Positions 30,413 to 40,647 of a DNA stretch of 64,000 nucleotides are shown piece after piece. Under the pieces are notes generated by a model, which was not told where the DNA came from, did not search any database, and worked only from the letters and a program-made list of their open reading frames with translations. The number at the start of each line of letters is the position of its first letter. Positions within the stretch are counted from its first letter, which is position 1. The DNA comes from Spizellomyces punctatus DAOM BR117 (Eukaryota), in NCBI GenBank assembly GCA_000182565.2, contig KQ257450.1; one strand, 5' to 3'. The translations under genes and the position numbers were made by a program.

Positions 30413-31093
30413 CTATCGTGAGGCTTGTGATCTGCTCAGGATTGCTTTGGCACCTTCGACGATCAATCGGTGTTCAACTTTATGTATCCGATCTTCTAAT
30501 GTTTCCAAAGTGTCTTCTGGCAAAATAGGAATCCTTTCCTGCAGAACGACCTCGCCCCGATCGACTTCCGGTATAACTTTATGCACCATCACACCCGTTT
30601 CCTGTATCTTTCCCTCTTTATATGCACTAAATGCACGCTCGATCGCATGCGCACCGTCGAATGCTCCCGGGAGAGCAGGATGCAGATTGATGATTTGCCC
30701 CGGAGGGAACTGTTGCAAGAAATCTGGTGACAGAATATGCATCCATCCCGCAAGGACAATAAGGTCTGGTGTATCAACAGCGGTCGTCCCATTTGACGAG
30801 CGGTCCGCTTCCGATCGCGACTGTGCGAGCCAGTTCTTTATCCTGGCGGCCACATCCAAATCAAAGTCTACCCGAGTCTTTCCCGCATCCTTGAACTCTT
30901 TAAGAGTCACTGTCATGGTCGGAATTCCAGCGTTTGCTGCTCGCGTTAGTCCATATGCTCCTTTCCGGTTTGAAACTACCAAAGCGATCTCTGCGTTCAG
31001 CGACTCGCTTTGTACAGCATCAATTATCGCTTGCAGGTTTGAGCCATTGCCCGAGATGAGCACCACAATGCGAGGTTTCGTTTGCGTGGACAT
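30413..31093 (-). CDS. ADE8: Phosphoribosylglycinamide formyltransferase, intronless
   Basis: RIVVLISGNGSNLQAII, PDLIVLAGWMHIL, INLHPALPGAFDG, TGVMVH.V..EVDRG. Confidence 0.95.
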   Translation of the reverse strand: MSTQTKPRIVVLISGNGSNLQAIIDAVQSESLNAEIALVVSNRKGAYGLTRAANAGIPTMTVTLKEFKDAGKTRVDFDLDVAARIKNWLAQSRSEADRSSNGTTAVDTPDLIVLAGWMHILSPDFLQQFPPGQIINLHPALPGAFDGAHAIERAFSAYKEGKIQETGVMVHKVIPEVDRGEVVLQERIPILPEDTLETLEDRIHKVEHRLIVEGAKAILSRSQASR

Positions 31094-31242
31094 TTCGTGA
31101 CTCTGGTCGACGGCAGTAAAGAGGGGAACTTGAGTGCAAGCATCTGTTGCGGGCATCTATTGTTCATCTGCGAAGTTGCCATGACAACAAGAGACTAGAC
31201 TTATTGAGATCACCTTTGCACTTGGATCTTGCACCTAGTGCC

Positions 31243-33027
31243 ATGTCTTCCCAATCTAGTTTTCCACCCGCTTTTCTTGAAATATTACCCAACGTCCGTT
31301 CTCTGACGATCTCGATAAATGAATCTCCGGAGCGGCTACCTGTAGAGAAGTTAAAATTCCAAGAAAAGAGCATTTCGTATACCCCCAACGAGCAAGATCC
31401 ACCGCAGATCCTTTCCCTCCCAGTATCCATAGACCCTCGCTCCGCCACAACCACTGTAAAGTCGGAGAATGTTGACTTGAAATTCTCATTGCGCTCTTCC
31501 CTGGACGATTATAAATCACGTTCAGCGACAGACCCGGGGGCGGCAATAAAAGCTTTTCAAGGGCTCACTCAAATTCATTGCCAAACTTGTAAAACAGCTT
31601 TTTTGCCAACGTCTTCACCCGATGAAGCATCAGAGCAAGCACATCATTTTCGACGCATCATCGACATGCCGTCAGAGTATTGGCATGAATTGACAGACTG
31701 TTGGGCCTGCCATAGAGAAGATTACTCGCAATTACCGGGGCAGAAAGCTGGTGTCATCCTTGCGCAGCGCCATGCAGTGTTGGTTGCGAGAAGCTACGTG
31801 GTACTGCATCCCGAGGATGTGGATCTGCCGCGCCTAAGTGTTGATCTCGCAGGGGCAAATAAGGTGCGTTTTGCAAAAGCCTCTTGTCCGCATAACGGAA
31901 GTAATAGAAGAGGGATGTCGCTATTGAAGACTGTCCTGTCGATACATTCTTCCCATATTGAATCTCTGTGCAAATACGTCCGCGTCTATAGTAGTGGGCG
32001 CTGATCTACTACCTCAGAGAACATTTCCACTTTGTCAACGGTGGATGGAATGCCTGTTCCCCGCAATTATGCTTCTGAATATGTCTGATCGCTTCTTTCT
32101 TTTAAAACCAGGGCTCGCTACGGTTGGGCCGCTACGCGCCGGCTTTATGTGCTAGTTGCCAACAACCAGTTGGAGAGTGTTATTTTGATGAAATCCCCCA
32201 AGATGCCACCAATATCGCCGAGCACATTCGAGGAGTGAAGCTTTTCAGATATTGGGTGGATTTTGTGGTAGCAGATACTGCATCATCCCCACTCACCACT
32301 GAAAAGGACGCTTTGAATCGTACATTCGTCAGCTTTTTTGCGGATGATCTATTGGAATCTGCGGATGCCCACGCGAGTTACCGTTTTATAATCCAGACTC
32401 AAGGGTCTGATGAACCGCGATTATTGGTACGTCGAGCCTTACCTCATATACACGCTGTCATTGGATCTGGAATTAAGATTAGTCTAGTTGTGGATACTCA
32501 ATTGGAATATGGCAGTCAGCACCAATACGCCAGTACACGACATATTAGACCCAACGATGGATGCGACTTCTCTCGAAAGGGTACTCTCTATTTACACTCA
32601 AAATTTAGGACATTCGGAAAAGATGCATCCAGGTGAAGTGTCAATGTCATGTCTTTTTTTTGTTTTGTGGGTGTGGCGTCCCCTTCTATTCTGCAGCCAT
32701 AGCCGAGTCATTAGTATTCTTATACGACTGTCAACGTTTGATTTGTCTCAGCAATGAAAATTCTATATCTCGATTGTTCACAATCTGTAACGTCCGCCCA
32801 AGAGAGGTATGTCGCACAAGAAGCGATTTAGCCTAGTTTGTCCATTGGGTTAAAGCGTATATCGTAGTATCGTAACCTCTTGGCGAGGCAATGGACAGGT
32901 GGAAAGTATAAGCCTTCATCCATCTCTACATGACCAAGTTTTGACGGCGCTGCGAGTTAGCACGGCATATTTACCTCCTGCAAAGCGGGATCTGAATGGG
33001 TTTAAGGTTGGTTTTATTTTAAGATAG
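31243..33027 (+). CDS. HECT-like E2-binding protein (HECT_2 family; UBE3D / yeast Ipa1-like)
   Basis: IHCQTC, DMPSEYWHELTDCWACH, LCASCQQPVG, LLESADAHASYRF, LWILNWN, AMKILY, C-terminal STAYLPPAKRDLNGFKVGFILR*. Confidence 0.82.
31895..32026 (+). ncRNA. Intronic box H/ACA guide RNA; 5' pocket complementary to the U2 snRNA branch-pairing region (snR81-like)
   Basis: Lies in a 248-nt intron (31864-32111). Hairpin 1: GGAAG/CTTCC lower stem, pocket AGAA...GATAC, H-like box ATATTGA 14 nt downstream. Hairpin 2: TCTCTG/CAGAGA followed by ACA-TTT at 32021. Confidence 0.72.
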
Positions 33028-33343
33028 TGGTATTAGGTAGCTGGGGCAGTATTCGTGTTGGCGTTCACCTGTACCGTTGTTGGTGGTATTGCCCATATTT
33101 GCACTTCCACTCCTATTGGAGCTTTATACTCAAAATTCTCAAAAATAAAAAAAAGAATTCTCCTTTCCCTTAATGTGTGTGTGCGGACCTCGCAGGTACC
33201 TCTCACCTTTTTCATAAAATTGGTTCGTTCGCTAGTAGCATTCCGCAATCCAAGGCCAAGCCTTGACAGTATAGGAGTATCTGCTCAACACTTGAAGAGA
33301 TACCGGGATAGCACCCATAGGTTTCAACCACACAAATATTATT

Positions 33344-34923
33344 TTATACATTAATGACACGCGACAGTTTCTGTATGCGATTCAACAACAAGTCGCCCTG
33401 CTTGATGGTCGACTGATATTGCGCGTTTTTCGCATCAGGCCGATTAGTTTCCACAATCCCTCCAACCTTGTCAATCACTGCATTTAATCGACCAGCAGCA
33501 ATGTACTTTGACAAGTCGCTAAAGCAACTTGTGAGCATGTGAGCTGGTAAGTATATATCACTCAAAACATACCTATCAATCCACTCCTCGGTCACACCAA
33601 ACGAATTCGCCATTGACTCGATACTCAAACTTCGGTAAGATTCCAAAAGTTGAGCATACACCGCAATCCGCATTTCTCGTACATAATATCGGTAGTGCGC
33701 ATTCAACAACCGGTCTACTTTGATGGTTTGCTCAATAGCGGCTGACGGCAGGTTAGTGACCAAGTGCACGAGCAATCAACGACAAAAAAGTGCTTACCAA
33801 GAGACTGGAAGAACTGCGAGTAATGACAGTTATATAAAGAGTTGGCAAAATCTGACAGATTCGGGATTTCGTGTAGCACTTCCAGAATTTCAGGAGCGTT
33901 GATCACCTTTCCGAAAGGATATGAGATACATAAGGGAAGAAATCATTTCAGCTAAAATGGTGAAACCTACCTTGGCTTTGAAGTCTGGTCGATTGAGCGT
34001 TAGGGCGGCAGTCAACACTGTGTACTTGACAAAGTCCTTGTATTCCATAAGCTCGGTTGAGGTGAATGTTGCCAAGGTATCCAAGAACAGATTGACGGCT
34101 CCTTTGAAGTCACGAATTGAGATACGATAAATGCCTTCGTACACCTTCAGCCGGTTCCGACGGTCCCAGTCTCCCCCTTCTTCGATCAAACTGAACAGAG
34201 AGCATTAGACGGGTAATAACCAGACAAGCTTAGCGGAGGAACGCACGTCTTTGCTTTTTCAATGTTTCTGCTGATGAGCTCATTGTCGCGGAAGAAGAAG
34301 CCAATGCGAATTTTGGCAAACACCAAGTCAATCCGGTGCCCTAACGGACCAGTCTTTTCAAATGCAACTCGATAAGCGGAAAGTGCTTTTTCCTGCAGCA
34401 AAGTTGCGTCAGACGATCAAGTTGCCGTTAATGTCCTGCGTAAAATACTACGTTCCGTCTAACCTTATCACCAATTTTGGCCAGATACTGAGCTTTTGCA
34501 ATCAACGCATCGCTGATATCTGTCTCGCCCAAGTTTTTCTCCGCATCCTCCAACTTTTCGTCCAATCGCTTCAATTCCTCTTCATTGGCTGTCTGCATTT
34601 GGGAGAGTAAACCGTTGTCTATGGGGAACCCAAACTCCTCGCAAAACAGCTTGTAGTATGGCGCCATGTCTACACATAAAATGTTAACACTTGGAGCGCT
34701 AATGAAAGATACGCATACGTACTATCAGCCTTGATAGCTTCAAATAGCTTATTCTTGGCCTCTGCTTGGAGCTCTGTCGGCCCAGCGCCGAGAATGAAGT
34801 GATAATGGGCAAGGTCCAAATTTGGAATCTGACAAAGCGTGCAAAAGAACTTAGTGGTTGAAAAACGCCAGCGACCTACGTGCACCCAAGCAAAGTCAAT
34901 ACCTTCGGAATGACCTCGTTCAT
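33344..34923 (-). CDS. RPN7: 26S proteasome lid subunit Rpn7
   Basis: [87 protein letters not shown]. Confidence 0.96.
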
Positions 34924-35229
34924 GTTGCCAAATGTCACAGTAAAGAAGTCGTCAGATGATGGATGAGGTAGGGGGATCTTAGGAATGTCTTAGCTTGCTG
35001 CAGGACGCGTTGCCGACGTTAGCCGCGTCATCCATCGTCTGCTATAGCAACAGGTTGCTTGTGCCCGTTTTCAAAATACAAAACGCAGAACCCCGACTCA
35101 ATTCGAATGGAGGATATATTTAAAACAATGTATGCCAATATATGGATGTGCCATATCCCAACGAATTCGATGATAAATGTAAATGTCCGCAATAAAAAAT
35201 ACGATAGGAGACTCTTGCATTTCGTTGCC

Positions 35230-36831
35230 TTACGGCCTAGCGCCAATGGGACGGTATGGGATCCGCAGACAGGATATGCCCAAATAAGTACAGAAACGAT
35301 CAATCACAGCGAGAGCCCAGTGAGCATATGAAATGGTAGCATACGCGAAAAGGGCGTAGATGTACAGCGATTCCCCAGCCGGGGATAATATTGGTCCACT
35401 GCCAATCAAATGTCAGCTGGTGTGCCATCTGCTTCAATATGAATGCGCTATCATACCTTCTAACGATGAGAGGAACATTTGTAACAATGGCGCCAAAGAA
35501 AACGGGGGTCAATAGTCCCCAGTACGTCGGATAATCACTGTGAGTAACGTGTGCAAGGATGATTGCAGTCTACATGAACCAAAAAAAAAAAGTGTCATGA
35601 GAGTCGGAGACGAGGGGATGATTCCATTCACACTGGTACTCACCGCAATTCGTCCAAACACCAGACCCATTGTCATTATGAAAACGATCAGATGTTTATC
35701 CAAAATAAAAGAAAATGGCGAGCCGACCCAAAAGTAGATGGCTGCCATATACAGTGCAAATGGTGTGATCTGGCCATATGCTTCAGCCACACTCCGTCCT
35801 TTGCCACGGCAAGCTTCGTAAACACGGTAGATACTGGAATCAGTAGAGGTGTTAATATCCCAGATTGAACGAAACGGGCACCTGTCCACGCACCTAACAG
35901 GCACCTGAGTGAATGCCATCATTGCTAACATGCCTCCCAGCATGACATTGATTAGAGGCCAGTCTCCCGGAACAAAGTTCGCAAGGAATGGTGATGCAGC
36001 AGAAACCTTCTGCCACCATATTCCAGGCCCATAAATTCCCGAAGCGATGAGCAATCCCACCGCAATGATCAATCCTTCGGTAGGCCCATTGATATACCCA
36101 AGATAAAGAGATCCTGTGTGATAGTTCTCCCATGTGGCGAAGAAGAACGTTATGGTCGCCAGAGAGTGCAAGAGCACTGTGTACCAAGTCAAGCCCATTC
36201 CCAATCCGGCCGCCTGAACAATCGTCCCAAATGCGCAGTTTAGTGAATCTACGCCGTGATCAAAGAGTTCGCCGAGGGGAGAGCTGCTCCCAGTGCGCCG
36301 AGCCTGCTTTCCGTCAACGTTATCGAACGTCGAGTACAACCATATTCCGAGAGCAAAGCTTTTTTTACAGAATCAAACACCTGGTCAGCTTGGATCCCTG
36401 CATCACGCTATGAAGTATTAGAGCGGTACCTGAAGTAGATCCATGAAGGGCCAGGTGTTGCCAAGTCGGGAGTGTAGATGAGGACAATTGCAACGTTGGC
36501 CAGAACAAAGAAAAATCCTAGAAGAGTGATCAGGTTGGGTCTACAAGGCGGCGATCGAATCAGTACACATAGCCATCGCCACATCGCTGCTTGCAGAAGA
36601 ATTGCGTACTTACGCGAGCCACAATGGGAATAAGGTGGTGCAAAACTCCCAATAAGGGCGAAGGATATACCGCGAAACGGGCGACTATAATGAGGCAGGT
36701 CAATCAGTGACGGAAGACCCGATCACCAAATTCATCTCGAAACGAACCTTGTCTATAGACGAGTATTTGTATAGTCTCAGGTTTCTTAATGCCTCGTCAG
36801 AGACATAATCTTCCCTCGAAGGGAATAACAT
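35230..36831 (-). CDS. EPT1: Choline/ethanolamine phosphotransferase (CDP-alcohol phosphotransferase)
   Basis: LRLYKYSSIDK|SPVSRYIL, PLWLA|PNLITL, YSTFDNVDGKQARRTGSSSPLGELFDHGVD, NGPTEG; last exon ends FCTYLGISCLRIPYRPIGARP*. Confidence 0.92.
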
Positions 36832-37413
36832 TCTATACACTAGAGATCTGAAAGTGGAAGGTACTTTTGATGAGGCGCATACTCCCAAGATCGTGATCCA
36901 TCTTCTTTTGGTTTGAGCCGGAGGTGCTGCACCTTTGGCATCCACGGAGGATCGGATGCGAAATGACAAAAGAAGCCAACCTTTTCCGTATTCTACCAGC
37001 GTCCTTTATATCCTGTCTATGAGGGTCCTTTCTTCCCCCACGATTTTGTCGCGCAGGTCGCCGTCGCTTCAATGCGACCGACGGGTCTTGAGGAGGTTTA
37101 CTTTGAGCCGCCAGCGTGACGAGCGGAATGAAAGACGTGCCGGCACGTGAGGGTAGGGAATGAGTTCTCGAGGATCTTCCTGGTCAGGAGCACGGAGGAG
37201 CCCGACCGTGTGGAATGAAATTCGAGAGATGCGGGCGTTTGGTTGGCGGAAGACGATGAACGATCCCCAGCCTTTAAATACCCTGCTCTCAACAAAAGCC
37301 AAAACGGCGTTGTCCTCCCAAAGTCTTTTTGGAAAAATAAAACGCATTGGGCAGAAACGGAAAGAAATTTCAAATTGGTTACAACCAACGTTCGGATCGT
37401 TCGGACATTTGGC

Positions 37414-37431
37414 AGGGTTAGGGTTAGGGTT
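37414..37431 (+). repeat. Interstitial telomere-like motif (AGGGTT)3 just upstream of the ORC3 start
   Basis: AGGGTTAGGGTTAGGGTT seen directly. Confidence 0.8.
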
Positions 37432-37454
37432 TCTTTTGCAACTTTAATGTTGAC

Positions 37455-40400
37455 ATGACCATCCACCAAGCAAACACGGCCTTGTTTGAGTCTGTTTCGG
37501 AGGTACCTGCTGCACTCGTACGCTTGCAACTCTCCAGGACCCAATTTTCAACGTTATTGTTGACCACATTTAGGGTACATTCCTCGTTTTGCCAAAGACA
37601 ACGCGAGCGTCAAGTACCCCATCCGTAAAGAGATCAAAGCAGAAATCGCCCAAGAATGGTACGGCGAGTCTCTAACCAGTCCTCACACTGGCCACGAGCC
37701 TCTCACCGTGTTATTTGGTATAAAGATAGTTTACTGCGAGAATGTGAAGGCTTCCAACGACTTTACGGAGGCCAGGAACCAGAAGCGCTATGCCGTCAGA
37801 GATTTCGCTGCTATAAACAACGATGGAGAGCAATTGAGGAAACTATCAATGTAAGAAACGCTAGTCGGAGCGAAAGCAGGTTTCGCAGTAATATTCAAAT
37901 CTGACTGGCACCCGTGGAACAGAGAGTCCTCGTAAAGCACAACTCCCAAGCCATCGACAATATTGTAGATTTCGTCAATAACGCCTATGCAAGCATTCAA
38001 TGCAGTGCACAGTATGTATGTAATTTCTTGAAGATCAATTGGAACAAGCTCATGAAAATGGCCGATAGATCGCTGGTCCTCCCTTTCCGTGAGGTGCCAA
38101 CTGGGTTGATCTTCGCCGGTAATAAGGACGGAGTCAATCTATTCAGCTAGCGTAATCTCATTTACTTATGCATTTTTGCAGGAATCAACATTCCCGACCA
38201 AGAACTCCTTTTCTCCCACGTAACCGCAAAGTTGACCCAGAACACCTGTCATTCAGTAGCTATCCTACCTTCGAGAGAGTGCCTGACTCTCAAGACTACC
38301 GTGAAATCGATGATAGAACAGTTCTTGGACATGCGACCTACAGTAGCGGAAGACCAGATGGAGGTCTGCTTGTCTCAACTGGCTTAGTCGGTACCCCGAT
38401 ATGCAACTCATTTACCTGATCGTACACACGTAGAACAATAACCAGAATGGGAACCTGTCATCCTACCAGGTTGGTCAAAAGGCGAGCCCTGTTTGCTGCA
38501 GACATGGACAACTGACACAAGCCTTGATTTCAGCCACGCATAAAGGCTCCAAATTATGATATGCAAATCTTGGCTGACTGGCATCGTGAACGAAATAGCC
38601 GAGGACATTTGGTTGCGATCATACCCGATTTCGAATGCTTTGATCCTATTGTAATCCAGGATCTTATTAACATCTGCAGGTTGGTGTGGCACGTTAATTC
38701 TCGCATATATCCGAGAGTCTAACTTCTAGTTCTGCTCCAAAGTGAATATCAAGGCACCTTGCCGTTTGTCTTTATATTTGGTGTCGCAACTTCCATTGAG
38801 GCGTTGCATCAAAGTTTACCGCGGGCGGTGCTGTCGTTGCTTCGGATGGAAAAGTTCAAATTACAGCACTCGAATGATTGCATTAATGCTATCGTGGAGG
38901 AGGTAAAGTTACGGATCACAGGTACTGCGGACAAATGAACGAGATCTGAAAAAGGAGTCATTTGCAGCTTTTGTTGAAACCTGAGATAGAATCACACGAA
39001 GGCTGCGTTGGGTTAAAGCTGGCCCTTGAGCCTTATGAGTTGCTCATCAATAGCTACCAGTTGCACACATTGTCTGTCGGCGGATTTGTGCGGGCGCTGA
39101 AGGTACGTAACGACAGGGCGAATGTGGATACTGCCTCTGATTCTGACGGGATTGCAACAGTATGCCGTGATGGACTATTACTATTCGAATCCACTGAGCA
39201 TACTGTGGGATATGTATGCAGCAGATCGCAACGATCAGATGCAGGATATCTTGGAACCGGAGCATATTATTGATATACGGCTACTGAAATCGTTCAAAAG
39301 GTACCGTAGCATATCTGTTTTACACCTTGCATTTTGAGGCGCATTCAGTTGCCCGAGATTGAATTTAATCCGTGATGAAGATATATCGAGGCACACGCAA
39401 AAACACATCCAGACCACGTGGCCCGTCTGCTTCTCAATGACACCGTTGTAAAGGCCTGGCTTTCTGAATGCTTCCAAAGGATCGTTCGATACCAGATCCG
39501 CTATCATGCGGCGTTGTGTTGCGTATTGGAACTTCAGAAAGCTCTCAATAGTCCCAGTTTCAGCCGATCGAAGCGAGTACTTCATATGATGGCCCTCCAA
39601 GGAGGCTTTGTTGAAACCGAGTATATGAGTGCAATCATGCTTTTGTTGAGAAAGCGGAGCATTCTGGAAACAAGGCAGTACCTGGAAGGTTGCCTCGCAG
39701 CCCTGCAACAGACCAATAGTTCCTCTGATGCCTGTCGATTGGAATGCGCGGCAATACAGAAGCTGATGGAAGATCTCAACGAATTTGTCGATTCGGATCC
39801 AGATAGTAGCGAAAGCGATGAAGCAGATTCGTACACTTTGAAGCATGAACGAAAGCGGGCACTTTCGTTGGCTTCAGGAAGTCGAACTACCAATGTATCT
39901 AAACGCTTGAAGCCAATTGTCGAGCACGTAAAAGAGGGCACCACGCAAGCTTTTCTGAAACGTGTTTCCGATTTCTTGAAAGAGTTTCTCAGGTGTGAGA
40001 GTGTATCGATGGGGGTAAGCTAGCAAGTTTGTTGATGTCGTATTTTCTTTCTAGCGACGCTACCAAGTGTTATAAGAACCTGCCATTACATGAGGTGGTT
40101 TATTACTCCAATGCCGCGCGCCTGAAAAAGGTACTTTGCTGTGCATATAGCGTACATTCATGTGTATGGACACTTACGGTCCCTTCGTTAGGCATTTCAT
40201 CCTCAACCTCGAGCGGTCATACAGACCGCGTTAGGCCAAACTCGGCATTACCTCAAATGCGATTGCTGCCCAACAACCACCAAAGGCGACGACACAATCA
40301 GTCATACACTACAGGACTCCAGCATCGCGTACAGGCTATACTTGGAATGTGGAAGGATGATCAATCTCTATGATTGGTTTGTGGCATTTGGGGCGATAGT

Positions 40401-40551
40401 GGAGAAAGAAACAGAGGGAAGTTCACTGGACCGAACTGATATTCAGGCGCGTTTCATCAAATCAATTGCCGAGTTGCAATTCCTTGGGTTTATCAAGCCG
40501 ACAACGCGAAAGACAGATCATGCAGTGCGATTGACGTGGGGGACAGTGTAG
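37455..40551 (+). CDS. ORC3: Origin recognition complex subunit 3
   Basis: ESVSE|GTFLVLP N-terminus, EVPTGLIFAG|INIPD, LPFVFIFGVAT, C-terminal DSSIAYRLYLECGRMINLYDWFVAF and ELQFLGFIKPTTRKTDHAVRLTWG. Confidence 0.9.
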
Positions 40552-40647
40552 ACCTGAACAAAACCGAGTATTGCTGTAGCTATGCTAGACTTTTCCGTAT
40601 GTTAGGTTATTGTAAATAAGCGCTGGTGTGGACGTTGAGATATAACT

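Noticed and set aside
30312-31100. 262-aa plus-strand ORF
   Set aside because: Antisense shadow of the intronless ADE8 gene; no recognisable motifs.
32006-32016. CTACTACCTCA is the exact complement of the let-7 5' end
   Set aside because: let-7 is animal-specific; the bases are explained by the H/ACA pocket and stem.
37160-37458. Short ORFs proposed as the ORC3 N-terminus
   Set aside because: The conserved-looking ORC3 start is at 37455; these ORFs lack motifs and lie in the divergent promoter/UTR.
39235-39846. 203-aa minus-strand ORF
   Set aside because: Antisense to ORC3 exons.
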